Shown: positions 1 through 7,699, counted from the first letter of the stretch. The stretch: DNA of 32,995 nt from a virus (IMGVR_UViG_3300032233_002986:1-32995), one strand, 5' to 3'. Notes: a model not told the origin generated them from the letters alone. Numbers and translations are program-made.

Positions 1-291
1 AACTGCTACGGCGGTTATGGTTTGATTCAATGGACATCTGCTAATCGTTATTATGGATTGGGTGATTTTGCTAAGAAGTATGGTGGTTCTCCATCATCAC
101 TTCAAACGCAACTTCGTTATCTAACAAATGAAGTTCAATGGCAACGAATTGAGGAGAAGATGAAAACTCCTGGTAAATCAATTAATCGTTACATGGACTA
201 TGCGTACAGTTGGATTGGTTGGGGGCATCATGGTGCTCGCACATCTTATGCCTATGAATATGCTTCCAAACTGATCTCAGTAGAAGTCTAA
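1..291 (+). CDS. Phage tail lysozyme-like protein, C-terminal part (5' truncated)
   Basis: Frame is open from base 1 (NCYGGYGLIQWT...). GYGLIQWT and 'LQTQLRYL' resemble the Phage_lysozyme2 family. Stop at 289-291. Confidence 0.65.
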   Translation, partial: NCYGGYGLIQWTSANRYYGLGDFAKKYGGSPSSLQTQLRYLTNEVQWQRIEEKMKTPGKSINRYMDYAYSWIGWGHHGARTSYAYEYASKLISVEV

Positions 292-306
292 TACAATTTA
301 ATAGTT

Positions 307-333
307 GAGGGGTCTTGACATATGACCCCTCTT
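307..333 (+). terminator. Hairpin, probable intrinsic terminator
   Basis: GAGGGGTC (307-314) / GACCCCTC (324-331), a perfect 8-bp stem after the lysozyme stop; the U-tail is short. Confidence 0.5.
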
Positions 334-344
334 CGTCTTATAAT
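315..344 (+). promoter_or_regulatory. Sigma70-type promoter for tRNA-Gly
   Basis: TTGACA (315-320), 18-nt spacer, TATAAT (339-344), 8 nt upstream of the tRNA. Confidence 0.75.
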
Positions 345-352
345 AATTAAAT

Positions 353-423
353 GCGGGTATAGTTTAGGGGCAAAATGCTATCCTTCCAAGTTAGAGTCAT
401 CGGTTCAATTCCGATTACCCGCT
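353..423 (+). tRNA. tRNA-Gly (anticodon TCC)
   Basis: Acceptor GCGGGTA/TACCCGC, anticodon loop CT-TCC-AA (383-389), T-arm GGTTCAATTCC. CCA not encoded; one T-T mismatch in the anticodon stem. Confidence 0.92.
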
Positions 424-425
424 TT

Positions 426-495
426 CTTAACCAAATCTTAGTTGACAAATCACAATAAGTAACTTAAGATGCCATTGTCTTAAGATTTGTTTAAG
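426..495 (+). promoter_or_regulatory. Porin promoter flanked by inverted Pho-box-like repeats
   Basis: TTGACA (442-447)-17 nt-TAAGAT (465-470). CTTAACCAAATCTTA (426-440) has an inverted copy at 481-495 (14/15 match). Confidence 0.5.
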
Positions 496-567
496 GCATA
501 TTAAATAACGAAGATTTGCGTTGTTGTAAATCTTCACATTATCGTTTAGTACAAAAAAACAAAGTTT

Positions 568-2148
568 ATGAAAATCAAACAACTGATGCTTGCACCTGTT
601 GCTCTTGGTATGCTTACCCCTGTTGCACAAGCAGCAGACCTTAATATGTCTGGGGTTAATCAATACGCATCCGCACAACAAGTCACAAGCGTCACACAGT
701 TCTCTGATGTTCAACCTTCAGATTGGGCTTATCAAGCACTCTCCAATTTGGTTGATCGTTATGGTTGTGTTGCAGGATATCCTAATGGCACCTTCCGTGG
801 TGGCAAAGCACTCACTCGTTTTGAGGCAGCAGCTCTTCTGAACTCTTGCCTTGATCGTGTAACCGAAACCACAGATGAACTCAAAAAACTTCTTGCTGAG
901 TTTGATACAGAACTAACAATTCTGACTGCTCGTGTGGATGGTCTTGAGAACAAAGTTCGTACCCTTCAGGCACAACAATTCTCTACCACCACTAAACTGT
1001 CTGGTGAAGCAAGTATGATTCTTGGTGGTGTACCTAACTACACTGCTGCTGGTGTTAAAGGTTATGGTAACACAACCTTTAATTATGACCTTCGTATCAA
1101 CCTGGATACATCATACACTGGTCAAGATTTGCTGCGTACTCGTCTGCGTACTGGTAATTTTTCCAAGTATCCTTTCGGCACTTCCTCAAACAACATCTTC
1201 AAACTTGATAAAGCAGAAGATTGGAACAATGCAGTCTATATTGATCGTCTGTACTACCAGTTCCCTGTCGGTAAGAACCAAGCAACTAAGTTGACTATCG
1301 GTGCTCTGGTTCGTAACACTGAGATGGCATGGATTCCAACTGCATATAAGTCAAACGTTCTTGATGTGTTTGCTGTTGGTGGTGCTGGTGCTGTCTACAA
1401 CAAGGCAACTGGTCAAGGTGTTGGTCTGCAATGGAAGCAACCTGTTGCTAAAGGCAAACCTGGATTTGTCTTTAATGCAAACTATGTTGTCAATGGTTCT
1501 GCCGTAAACAGTTCTAATACAACTTGTACTGCTGGTTGTAAGAATGGTGCATCGGGTTCTGATAGTTCCTATGGTGTCTTTAATTCTGAGTCTGGCATCA
1601 ATATGATGGCACAGGTTGGTTATAAGGCTCCTCAATGGGGTGCAGCAGTTGGTTATCGTTATGGCACTACTCAAACTGGTGTTCGTGATGGTAATGGTGT
1701 TGCAGGTAGTGCTCTTGGTCTTGGTCAGTATTCCAATGCTGTTGCTGTCAATGCTTATTGGCAACCCAAGAAAACTGGTGCAGTTCCTTCAGTTAGCGTA
1801 GGTTATGCTTATAACTTCGTTGAAGGTAACTCCACTTCTACTGGTGCAACTGCTCAGAAACAAGCACAATCTTCCCGTTCTTGGATGGTTGGTCTTCAGT
1901 GGGATGATGCTTTCATCAAGGGCAATGCTGCTGGTGTTGCTTTTGGGCAACCTGCAAACTCTGAGGGTGCTTCTGGTAGCAATCCTTGGTTGGTTGAATG
2001 GTTCTACAAGTACCAAGTATCTGATAACATCTCAGTTACTCCTGCTCTGTTCTATGCATCTGGTTCAAGCAATTCAACCACGAATGCTGCTGCACAACCT
2101 ATGTTCAATGGTTTGGGTGGTGTAATTCAGACAACCTTCAAGTTCTGA
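568..2148 (+). CDS. Cyanobacterial-type outer membrane porin (SomA/B-like; SLH domain + OprB-type barrel)
   Basis: Signal peptide ending AQA; SLH signature 'QFSDVQPSDWAYQALSNLVDRYGCVAGYPNGTFRG..LTRFEAAALLNSCLD'; coiled coil; 'QFSTTTKL'; C-terminal 'GVIQTTFKF' with terminal Phe. Confidence 0.93.
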   Translation: MKIKQLMLAPVALGMLTPVAQAADLNMSGVNQYASAQQVTSVTQFSDVQPSDWAYQALSNLVDRYGCVAGYPNGTFRGGKALTRFEAAALLNSCLDRVTETTDELKKLLAEFDTELTILTARVDGLENKVRTLQAQQFSTTTKLSGEASMILGGVPNYTAAGVKGYGNTTFNYDLRINLDTSYTGQDLLRTRLRTGNFSKYPFGTSSNNIFKLDKAEDWNNAVYIDRLYYQFPVGKNQATKLTIGALVRNTEMAWIPTAYKSNVLDVFAVGGAGAVYNKATGQGVGLQWKQPVAKGKPGFVFNANYVVNGSAVNSSNTTCTAGCKNGASGSDSSYGVFNSESGINMMAQVGYKAPQWGAAVGYRYGTTQTGVRDGNGVAGSALGLGQYSNAVAVNAYWQPKKTGAVPSVSVGYAYNFVEGNSTSTGATAQKQAQSSRSWMVGLQWDDAFIKGNAAGVAFGQPANSEGASGSNPWLVEWFYKYQVSDNISVTPALFYASGSSNSTTNAAAQPMFNGLGGVIQTTFKF

Positions 2149-2174
2149 TAACCTCTAAGGTATAAGATCCATTT

Positions 2175-2196
2175 ATCCCCCGCAAGGGGGATTTTT
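2175..2196 (+). terminator. Rho-independent terminator
   Basis: ATCCCCC-GCAA-GGGGGAT with a GNRA loop, followed by a T-run, just after the porin stop. Confidence 0.85.
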
Positions 2197-2210
2197 GGTA
2201 TTTCGTCATT

Positions 2211-2218
2211 TATAAATA
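2211..2218 (+). promoter_or_regulatory. T4-type late promoter
   Basis: Exact TATAAATA ending 18 nt upstream of the dps start. Confidence 0.7.
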
Positions 2219-2236
2219 CTTGAAAAGTATAGTATA

Positions 2237-2671
2237 ATGGAAAAGTTGTTTAAACAATTGAGTGATGCTCAGGCATCTCTTTTTGTTCTATTCCAAAAGA
2301 CTTGGATTTATCACTGGGATGTTGTTGGTCCTGATTTTCAACAACTTCATACTCTCTTCGGTGGACAGTATGAAACCATGTTTGAAGAGATTGATACTCT
2401 TACAGAGCACATGAGATATTTGGGTATGAAACCAGTCAGCACTCTTACCAGAGTTGTGGAAGTTTCAGAAATCAAAGAAGCACAAAGTTCAATTGGTGCT
2501 AATGGAATGATTACTGATTTGCTTGATAGCAATAAGAAACTCATTGAGATACTTACAGCAATATCGGAAGAAGCAGATAGTCAAAAGCAATATGCAACTT
2601 CAAACTTAGTTCAAAGTTTTATGGAAACACACGGTAAATTTGTTTGGATGTTGAGGTCTTTTCTAGAATAA
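2237..2671 (+). CDS. dps: Dps family DNA-protection/ferritin-like protein
   Basis: 'KTWIYHWDVVGPDFQQLHTLF..QY...EEIDTLTEHMRYLG' Dps ferroxidase motif; C-terminal 'HGKFVWMLRS'. Confidence 0.92.
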   Translation: MEKLFKQLSDAQASLFVLFQKTWIYHWDVVGPDFQQLHTLFGGQYETMFEEIDTLTEHMRYLGMKPVSTLTRVVEVSEIKEAQSSIGANGMITDLLDSNKKLIEILTAISEEADSQKQYATSNLVQSFMETHGKFVWMLRSFLE

Positions 2672-2722
2672 AAATTAATGTTATAATTAAAATACTTGAC
2701 GAATTTAAAAGGATGAATCAAA

Positions 2723-2977
2723 ATGTTAAAGGTCAGATGCAAAATGTGCAACAAAGAATTGCACTCACATCCAACACAAACTAAATGTTGTGGATGCGAC
2801 AATTTAACCACAGTAAAAGATGATAAAATTACTGCATTGGATTTGAATTTGGTAGAACTAATATCAAAACCAAATCAAAAAAATAATTCTTCTTCTGTTT
2901 TTACAAAAGAAGATCTTGCTTATCAAGAAGCAAGAAGAAACCGTAAAGTTAGAAAAATGGAGTTTGAAATTAAATGA
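2723..2977 (+). CDS. Small Cys-rich (zinc-ribbon-like) cyanophage hypothetical protein
   Basis: CKMC...CCGC motif; AAGGA Shine-Dalgarno-like sequence upstream; stop overlaps the next start. Confidence 0.75.
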   Translation: MLKVRCKMCNKELHSHPTQTKCCGCDNLTTVKDDKITALDLNLVELISKPNQKNNSSSVFTKEDLAYQEARRNRKVRKMEFEIK

Positions 2978-3129
2978 GTTGGGAATCCCCAAATCTATCC
3001 AAAGGTGATATTGAATTACTTACAATTGCATTGGATGAATATCTTTATGCATCAAATTTAGAAATTCCAGATGTGCCTAAAATGGAAAAAATGTTGCATC
3101 GTTTGGAAGATCATTTAGACAAATTTTAA
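2974..3129 (+). CDS. Hypothetical 51-aa protein (MSWESPNLSKGDIELLTIALDEYLY...)
   Basis: Read directly from sequence (below the ORF-track cutoff); ATGA overlap with the upstream gene. Confidence 0.65.
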   Translation: MSWESPNLSKGDIELLTIALDEYLYASNLEIPDVPKMEKMLHRLEDHLDKF

Positions 3130-3160
3130 TAACTATTATTATCTTATTAATACAAAATAA

Positions 3161-3310
3161 ATGGATCAACACACCTACAATAATTGGGTGAAAATTAAAG
3201 AAACATTTGAAATGTCTGGAAATATAAAAAATATGTTTTATATAAGAGCATGTGAAATTATTAAAACCAGAAAAGACCCTTTTGCTAAATTTTTTGGTGA
3301 TAATAAATGA
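3161..3310 (+). CDS. Hypothetical 49-aa protein (MDQHTYNNWVKIKETFEMSGN...)
   Basis: Read directly; its stop overlaps the start of the next gene (ATGA at 3307-3310). Confidence 0.65.
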   Translation: MDQHTYNNWVKIKETFEMSGNIKNMFYIRACEIIKTRKDPFAKFFGDNK

Positions 3311-4059
3311 AAATAAAAGACTATGGAAAAATATGTTCTAAAGAAACAGTAGAAGTATTGCAAAAAAGCATTAATGGTTTAATATTAAATAATCCAATCA
3401 GACAAACTTATTGGTTGCCAATTAATAGAAATCCAAAAAATAATATAGAAAATTTTATAATAAAAACATTTAATTTGTATTTTTCGGAAATTAATAAAAA
3501 ATCTGTTGCTGGATTCGAATGGTGGGTTCAAACTAAAGATTATATAAACCAAGATTCTTGTAATGGACAATTATCACCAATATTGCATTTTGATTGTGAT
3601 GAAGATAAAAATATGTTTGAAAACATAATTATCAGTCCATTAGGATGCACAATAACCTATTTGACAAATACAAAAAATAGTCCAACTTTTATTACAAATG
3701 TTGAAACAACAGGACAAAAAACATATTATCCAGAACTACCAACAGAAATAATCTATTCATATCCTGGTGAAGGTAAATTTCTTACATTTGATCCAAAATA
3801 TCTTCATGGAATTGGAAAAACAAAACAAATTAGAACAACTTTACTTTATAATATTTGGAATTATCAAGTTAGTGATACAGTAAACAATTTTTTTAATGAA
3901 GATTTAATTAATTTAGAAGTCATTAAAAACAAAGAAAAAAATATAAAAAAATATAACGGACCATTTGAATACGTTAATATAAACATATTTGAAATTCCAA
4001 TGAAAGTAAAAAAACCTTCAGAATATAAATTTTATGATAGTTTTCATGTAAATTTGTAA
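3307..4059 (+). CDS. Putative 2OG-Fe(II) oxygenase-superfamily protein
   Basis: 'GFEWW', HxD ('LHFDCDE'), 'TITYL', distal His ('FDPKYLHGI') and 'RTTLLYNIW' fit the facial-triad jelly-roll pattern common in cyanophages. Confidence 0.7.
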   Translation: MKIKDYGKICSKETVEVLQKSINGLILNNPIRQTYWLPINRNPKNNIENFIIKTFNLYFSEINKKSVAGFEWWVQTKDYINQDSCNGQLSPILHFDCDEDKNMFENIIISPLGCTITYLTNTKNSPTFITNVETTGQKTYYPELPTEIIYSYPGEGKFLTFDPKYLHGIGKTKQIRTTLLYNIWNYQVSDTVNNFFNEDLINLEVIKNKEKNIKKYNGPFEYVNINIFEIPMKVKKPSEYKFYDSFHVNL

Positions 4060-4065
4060 AAAACA

Positions 4066-4094
4066 TTGACAGACCTTTTAATAACTGATATAAT
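4066..4094 (+). promoter_or_regulatory. Sigma70-type (early) promoter
   Basis: TTGACA (4066-4071)-17 nt-TATAAT (4089-4094), perfect consensus. Confidence 0.85.
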
Positions 4095-4106
4095 AACTTT
4101 ATATTA

Positions 4107-4325
4107 ATGAAACGAATGGAAAAGTTTACAGTAGAAGAATTTCAAAAAGACTTTGATGATCTATTAGAAAGAGTAGAAAATGGAGAGTCTTTTATAATCA
4201 CCAGTGAAGGAAAAGAAGTGGTCATAATGCCTGCCGAGGATTATGAATATATTGTAGATACAGTTGATGGTATTGTGGATGAAGAAGTCATACGTATCCA
4301 CACGGATCACGAAGAAGGTTCGTGA
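4107..4325 (+). CDS. Phd/YefM-family antitoxin-like protein (orphan)
   Basis: 'FTVEEFQKDFDDLLERVENGESFIITSEGKEVVIMPAEDYE' matches the Phd/YefM N-terminal fold; acidic tail. Alternative start at 4116. Confidence 0.75.
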   Translation: MKRMEKFTVEEFQKDFDDLLERVENGESFIITSEGKEVVIMPAEDYEYIVDTVDGIVDEEVIRIHTDHEEGS

Positions 4326-4331
4326 GTTTTT

Positions 4332-4402
4332 GGGAGTATAGCTTAATGGTAGAGCGACCTGCTTATAACGGGTTGGTCTGGGTTCAATTCCCAGTATTCC
4401 TA
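4332..4402 (+). tRNA. tRNA-Ile (anticodon TAT)
   Basis: Acceptor GGGAGTA/TATTCCT, D-arm TAGCTTAATGGTAGAGC, anticodon arm ACCTG-CT-TAT-AA-CGGGT, T-arm GGTTCAATTCC, discriminator A. Confidence 0.9.
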
Positions 4403-4448
4403 TCAACTTTAAATTTAAAATAAATAATTTAAATTTGAATTAAAGAAA

Positions 4449-4670
4449 ATGTCTAGGAAAAAAACAACTATTGTTGAAACTGAAGAAGGTACTGTAGAAT
4501 CCGAAACTACAGAAGTGGATGGTGTTGTAACTGAAGATGTTTATATGTCAAAATATGATAAAAAAATAGATATTATAATTCAAGATCTTCAGACTCGTCT
4601 TACTGAAACTGAGTTAACACTTTCCAAATTGATTGGATTTTTAAACGGAAAATTTCCAATTGAACTTTAA
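4449..4670 (+). CDS. Hypothetical acidic protein with short C-terminal coiled coil
   Basis: 73-aa ORF; E/T-rich N-terminus and heptad-like 'IIQDLQTRLTETELTLSKL'. Confidence 0.65.
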   Translation: MSRKKTTIVETEEGTVESETTEVDGVVTEDVYMSKYDKKIDIIIQDLQTRLTETELTLSKLIGFLNGKFPIEL

Positions 4671-4683
4671 TTTATAAATTGAT

Positions 4684-4868
4684 AGTCACGGAGAGACTTT
4701 AAAAGTACTGGTCGGGACCCCCTCGAAGTCACGGATGGACTATAACAGAACTGGTGGAGTCATATGACCCTATTGTGAGTTTACAATCTCTCTAAAGGAT
4801 TGTTGGTGCGGATGGGATACTCTCCCCGCCTGGTTTCCAATTTCCAGTTAAAGAATTGGTGGCGTGCA
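4684..4868 (+). ncRNA. Structured repetitive RNA, probably related to the cyanophage manA/wcaG RNA motifs
   Basis: GC-richer intergenic tract. Two 43-nt-spaced AGTC-ACGGA..-GACT...ACTGGT units and two pseudoknot-capable units each followed by TGGYG; lies after a tRNA and before sugar-metabolism genes. Family name is from recollection, not a search. Confidence 0.65.
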
Positions 4869-4882
4869 TGAAAGACCTAAAG

Positions 4883-4909
4883 GGAGAGTTGCATAAACTC
4901 TCCTTTTTT
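4883..4909 (+). terminator. Rho-independent terminator
   Basis: GGAGAGTT-GCATA-AACTCTCC followed by TTTTTT. Confidence 0.8.
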
Positions 4910-4917
4910 GGTATAAT
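4889..4917 (+). promoter_or_regulatory. Sigma70-type promoter for the glycosylation cluster
   Basis: TTGCAT (4889-4894)-17 nt-TATAAT (4912-4917) with extended -10 TG; overlaps the terminator hairpin. Confidence 0.65.
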
Positions 4918-4938
4918 AAAATAAAATTATTTTTATAT

Positions 4939-5439
4939 ATGAAAGTTGGTTTTAATTGTAGTTCGTTTGATTTGTTCCATGCTGGACATGTCACAATGCT
5001 TAAAATGGAAAAAGAATTGTGTGATTATTTAAAAGTTGCACTTCAAGTTGATCCAACAATTGATCGTCCTGGAATTAAAAATAAACCAGTACAATCTGCT
5101 TATGAACGTTATGTTCAACTTCAAGGATGTAAATATGTTGATGAAATTCTTGTATATGAAACAGAAGAAGATCTTCTCAATTTGATTCAATCTCAAACAA
5201 TTCATATACGATTTTTAAGTGAAGAGTATAAAGATAGAGATTTTACCGCAAAACAATATTGTATTGATAATGGAATAGAATTGTTCTTTCATTTGAGAAG
5301 GCATAAGTATTCTTCAACTGAAATTAGAAATAGAGTTCATTATCTTGAAGAGCAAAAAAGATTAAAACATTCAGAAGAAAATGTAATAGAACAATATTCT
5401 CCAGAAATTTTAGAAAAATATTCTATTAAAGATAATTAA
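4939..5439 (+). CDS. Cytidylyltransferase (TagD/glycerol-3-phosphate cytidylyltransferase-like)
   Basis: 'SFDLFHAGHV' HxGH motif, 'KPVQS..ER', 'KYVDEI', 'YSSTEIR'. Confidence 0.85.
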   Translation: MKVGFNCSSFDLFHAGHVTMLKMEKELCDYLKVALQVDPTIDRPGIKNKPVQSAYERYVQLQGCKYVDEILVYETEEDLLNLIQSQTIHIRFLSEEYKDRDFTAKQYCIDNGIELFFHLRRHKYSSTEIRNRVHYLEEQKRLKHSEENVIEQYSPEILEKYSIKDN

Positions 5440-5441
5440 TT

Positions 5442-6362
5442 ATGACAATTTTAGTAACTGGTGGGTGTGGATTTATTGGTAGTAATTTTATTCACCATTT
5501 AAGAAAAAGAACAAGTGAAAAAATCATTTGTATTGACAAAATGACTTATGCTGCTGATTATGGAAATATTTCAGGTCTAGATATTGATTTGTATCCACTT
5601 GATATTAATCATTCAGATTATGTATTTGGACAAAATAAAATTAAAACCATTTATCATTTTGCTGCAGAAAGTCACGTAGACAATTCAATTAAAGATTGTT
5701 CTGAATTTGTTAGTACGAATATTAATGGAACAATTAAACTTTTAACTCTTTCAATGAAATATGAGGTGGAAAAGTTCATTCATATTTCTACTGATGAAGT
5801 TTATGGTTCAATTGATGAAGGTAAATTTACAGAAACAACAACTTATAATCCAAGAAATCCATATTCAGCATCAAAAGCAGCAAGTGATCATTTTGTAATT
5901 TCGTTTTATAACACTTATGGATTGCCAGCAATCATTACAAATTGTTCTAATAATTATGGACCAAGACAACACGAAGAAAAGTTAATTCCAAAAACAATTA
6001 AAAATTTAATGATGGGAAATAAAGTTCCTATCTATGGTGATGGTGAACAAATTCGTGATTGGTTATATGTTCAAGATCACTGTGAAGCAATTTCAGTTGT
6101 AGCAGAGAAGGGGAAGTTTGGAGAAAAATATAATATTGGTGGAGAATGTGAAGTCAAAAATCTTCAATTAATAAAAAAGATTCTTGATATTATGGGAAAA
6201 GGAGAAGATATGATAGAATACGTACAAGACCGTCCAGGGCATGACCGTAGATATTCGACTGATATTACTAAAATTAAAACAGAACTTGGTTGGTCTCCTA
6301 GATTTAATTTAGAACAAGGATTGGAAAGCACAATTAAATGGTATGAATGCAATAGAAACTAA
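5442..6362 (+). CDS. rfbB: dTDP-glucose 4,6-dehydratase
   Basis: GGCGFIGSNF, HFAAESHVDNSI, HISTDEVYGS, PYSASKAASD, DRPGHDRRY. Confidence 0.95.
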   Translation: MTILVTGGCGFIGSNFIHHLRKRTSEKIICIDKMTYAADYGNISGLDIDLYPLDINHSDYVFGQNKIKTIYHFAAESHVDNSIKDCSEFVSTNINGTIKLLTLSMKYEVEKFIHISTDEVYGSIDEGKFTETTTYNPRNPYSASKAASDHFVISFYNTYGLPAIITNCSNNYGPRQHEEKLIPKTIKNLMMGNKVPIYGDGEQIRDWLYVQDHCEAISVVAEKGKFGEKYNIGGECEVKNLQLIKKILDIMGKGEDMIEYVQDRPGHDRRYSTDITKIKTELGWSPRFNLEQGLESTIKWYECNRN

Positions 6363-6882
6363 TCTGAAAGATGCTTATGTCATCACAAATAAAAAGTTTG
6401 AGGATGCTCGTGGTTTCTTTATGGAGTCTTTTAATTTAAAAGAATTTGAAAAAATTGTTGGAGAATGTAATTTTGTCCAAGATAATCATTCAAAATCATC
6501 TAAAGGAGTTTTGAGAGGTCTTCACTATCAAATTGAACATGCTCAAGGAAAACTTGTTCGTTGTATTTCTGGTGCAGTGTTTGATGTGATTGTTGATTTG
6601 AGAAAATTATCTCCATCATTTGGAAAATGGTTTGGAATTAAATTATGTGAAAATAATTTACAATTGTGGGTTCCTCCTGGTTTTGCTCATGGATTTTATA
6701 CTTTAACTGATACTGCAGAGTTTTGTTATAAAACCACAGATTATTATTATCCAGAATATGATAGGACTCTTCTTTGGAATGATAGTGATCTAGGAATTGA
6801 ATGGGGACTTGATAATGAACCAATTCTTTCCGATAAAGATATAATTGGAAAAACTTTTAAGGAGTGTGAAAAATATGAATAA
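6343..6882 (+). CDS. rfbC: dTDP-4-dehydrorhamnose 3,5-epimerase
   Basis: DARGFFMESF, FVQDNHSKSSKGVLRGLHYQ, QGKLVRC, VPPGFAHGF. Confidence 0.95.
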   Translation: MNAIETNLKDAYVITNKKFEDARGFFMESFNLKEFEKIVGECNFVQDNHSKSSKGVLRGLHYQIEHAQGKLVRCISGAVFDVIVDLRKLSPSFGKWFGIKLCENNLQLWVPPGFAHGFYTLTDTAEFCYKTTDYYYPEYDRTLLWNDSDLGIEWGLDNEPILSDKDIIGKTFKECEKYE

Positions 6883-7699
6883 AATTTCTGTTTATGGATC
6901 TACTGGATTTATTGGTGAGGCATTTTGCAATCTTTATCCTGATGAAGTTTTCAAAATTCCAAGAGATTCAAGACCACCAGTAACAAAAGATATTCTCTAT
7001 TTTATTAGTACAACTACAAATTATAATGTTTATGAAGATCTCAATATTGATATCAATACAAACTTGAATGTTTTAATGGATGTTCTTCATTACTGTAAAG
7101 ATAAAAATATTGTTTTTAATTATGTGAGTGCTGGATTTGTTTATGGTCCAGATATTATCGATGCAAAAGAAACAGATAATCCAGATCCAAGAGGATTTTA
7201 TTCTATTACAAAGAGAACGGCAGAACAACTTCTTATTTCTTTTTGTAATACTTTTGGTGTTAAATATCGGATTATGCGTTTAGCTAATCTTTATGGAACT
7301 GACAAAACTGTATCACCAAAGAAAAATGTTCTTGGATATATGGTTTCTTTAATGAGACAAAATAAAGATATTACTCTTTATGATAATGGTGAAGTTCTTC
7401 GAGATTATATGCACGTAGATGATGTTTGCCGTGCTTTGAAACTTGTAATGGATAACGGAAATACAAACGAAATTTATAATATTGCAAGTGGAAATCCAAT
7501 TCAATTTAGAACCATTATTGAAAAACTTAAAGAAAAACTTAGTAGTGAAAGTAAATTAATTGATATTGAAACCCCAGAATTTTACAAAATGGTTCAAGCA
7601 AAGAATTTTTCTTTAAATGTAGATAAACTTAAATCCCTTGGATTTGATCCAAAGTATACTTTGGATGAAGGATTGGATATTTTATGCTATAATACATAA
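6875..7699 (+). CDS. NAD-dependent epimerase/dehydratase (extended SDR)
   Basis: GSTGFIG, YxxxK (YSITK), RLANLYG, RDYMHVDD. Start moved to ATG 6875. Confidence 0.85.
   Translation: MNKISVYGSTGFIGEAFCNLYPDEVFKIPRDSRPPVTKDILYFISTTTNYNVYEDLNIDINTNLNVLMDVLHYCKDKNIVFNYVSAGFVYGPDIIDAKETDNPDPRGFYSITKRTAEQLLISFCNTFGVKYRIMRLANLYGTDKTVSPKKNVLGYMVSLMRQNKDITLYDNGEVLRDYMHVDDVCRALKLVMDNGNTNEIYNIASGNPIQFRTIIEKLKEKLSSESKLIDIETPEFYKMVQAKNFSLNVDKLKSLGFDPKYTLDEGLDILCYNT
7685..7693 (+). promoter_or_regulatory. Possible internal extended -10 promoter
   Basis: TGCTATAAT upstream of an AGGAG ribosome-binding site and ATG 7720; no good -35. Confidence 0.4.

Noticed and set aside
4449-4670. Cognate toxin for the Phd/YefM-like protein
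   Set aside because: Acidic, with no RelE/Doc/PIN motifs, and separated from the antitoxin by a tRNA.
4684-4868. CRISPR mini-array interpretation of the 43-nt-period repeats
   Set aside because: Only two degenerate copies of each type, no unique spacers of regular length and no cas genes; better explained as a structured RNA.
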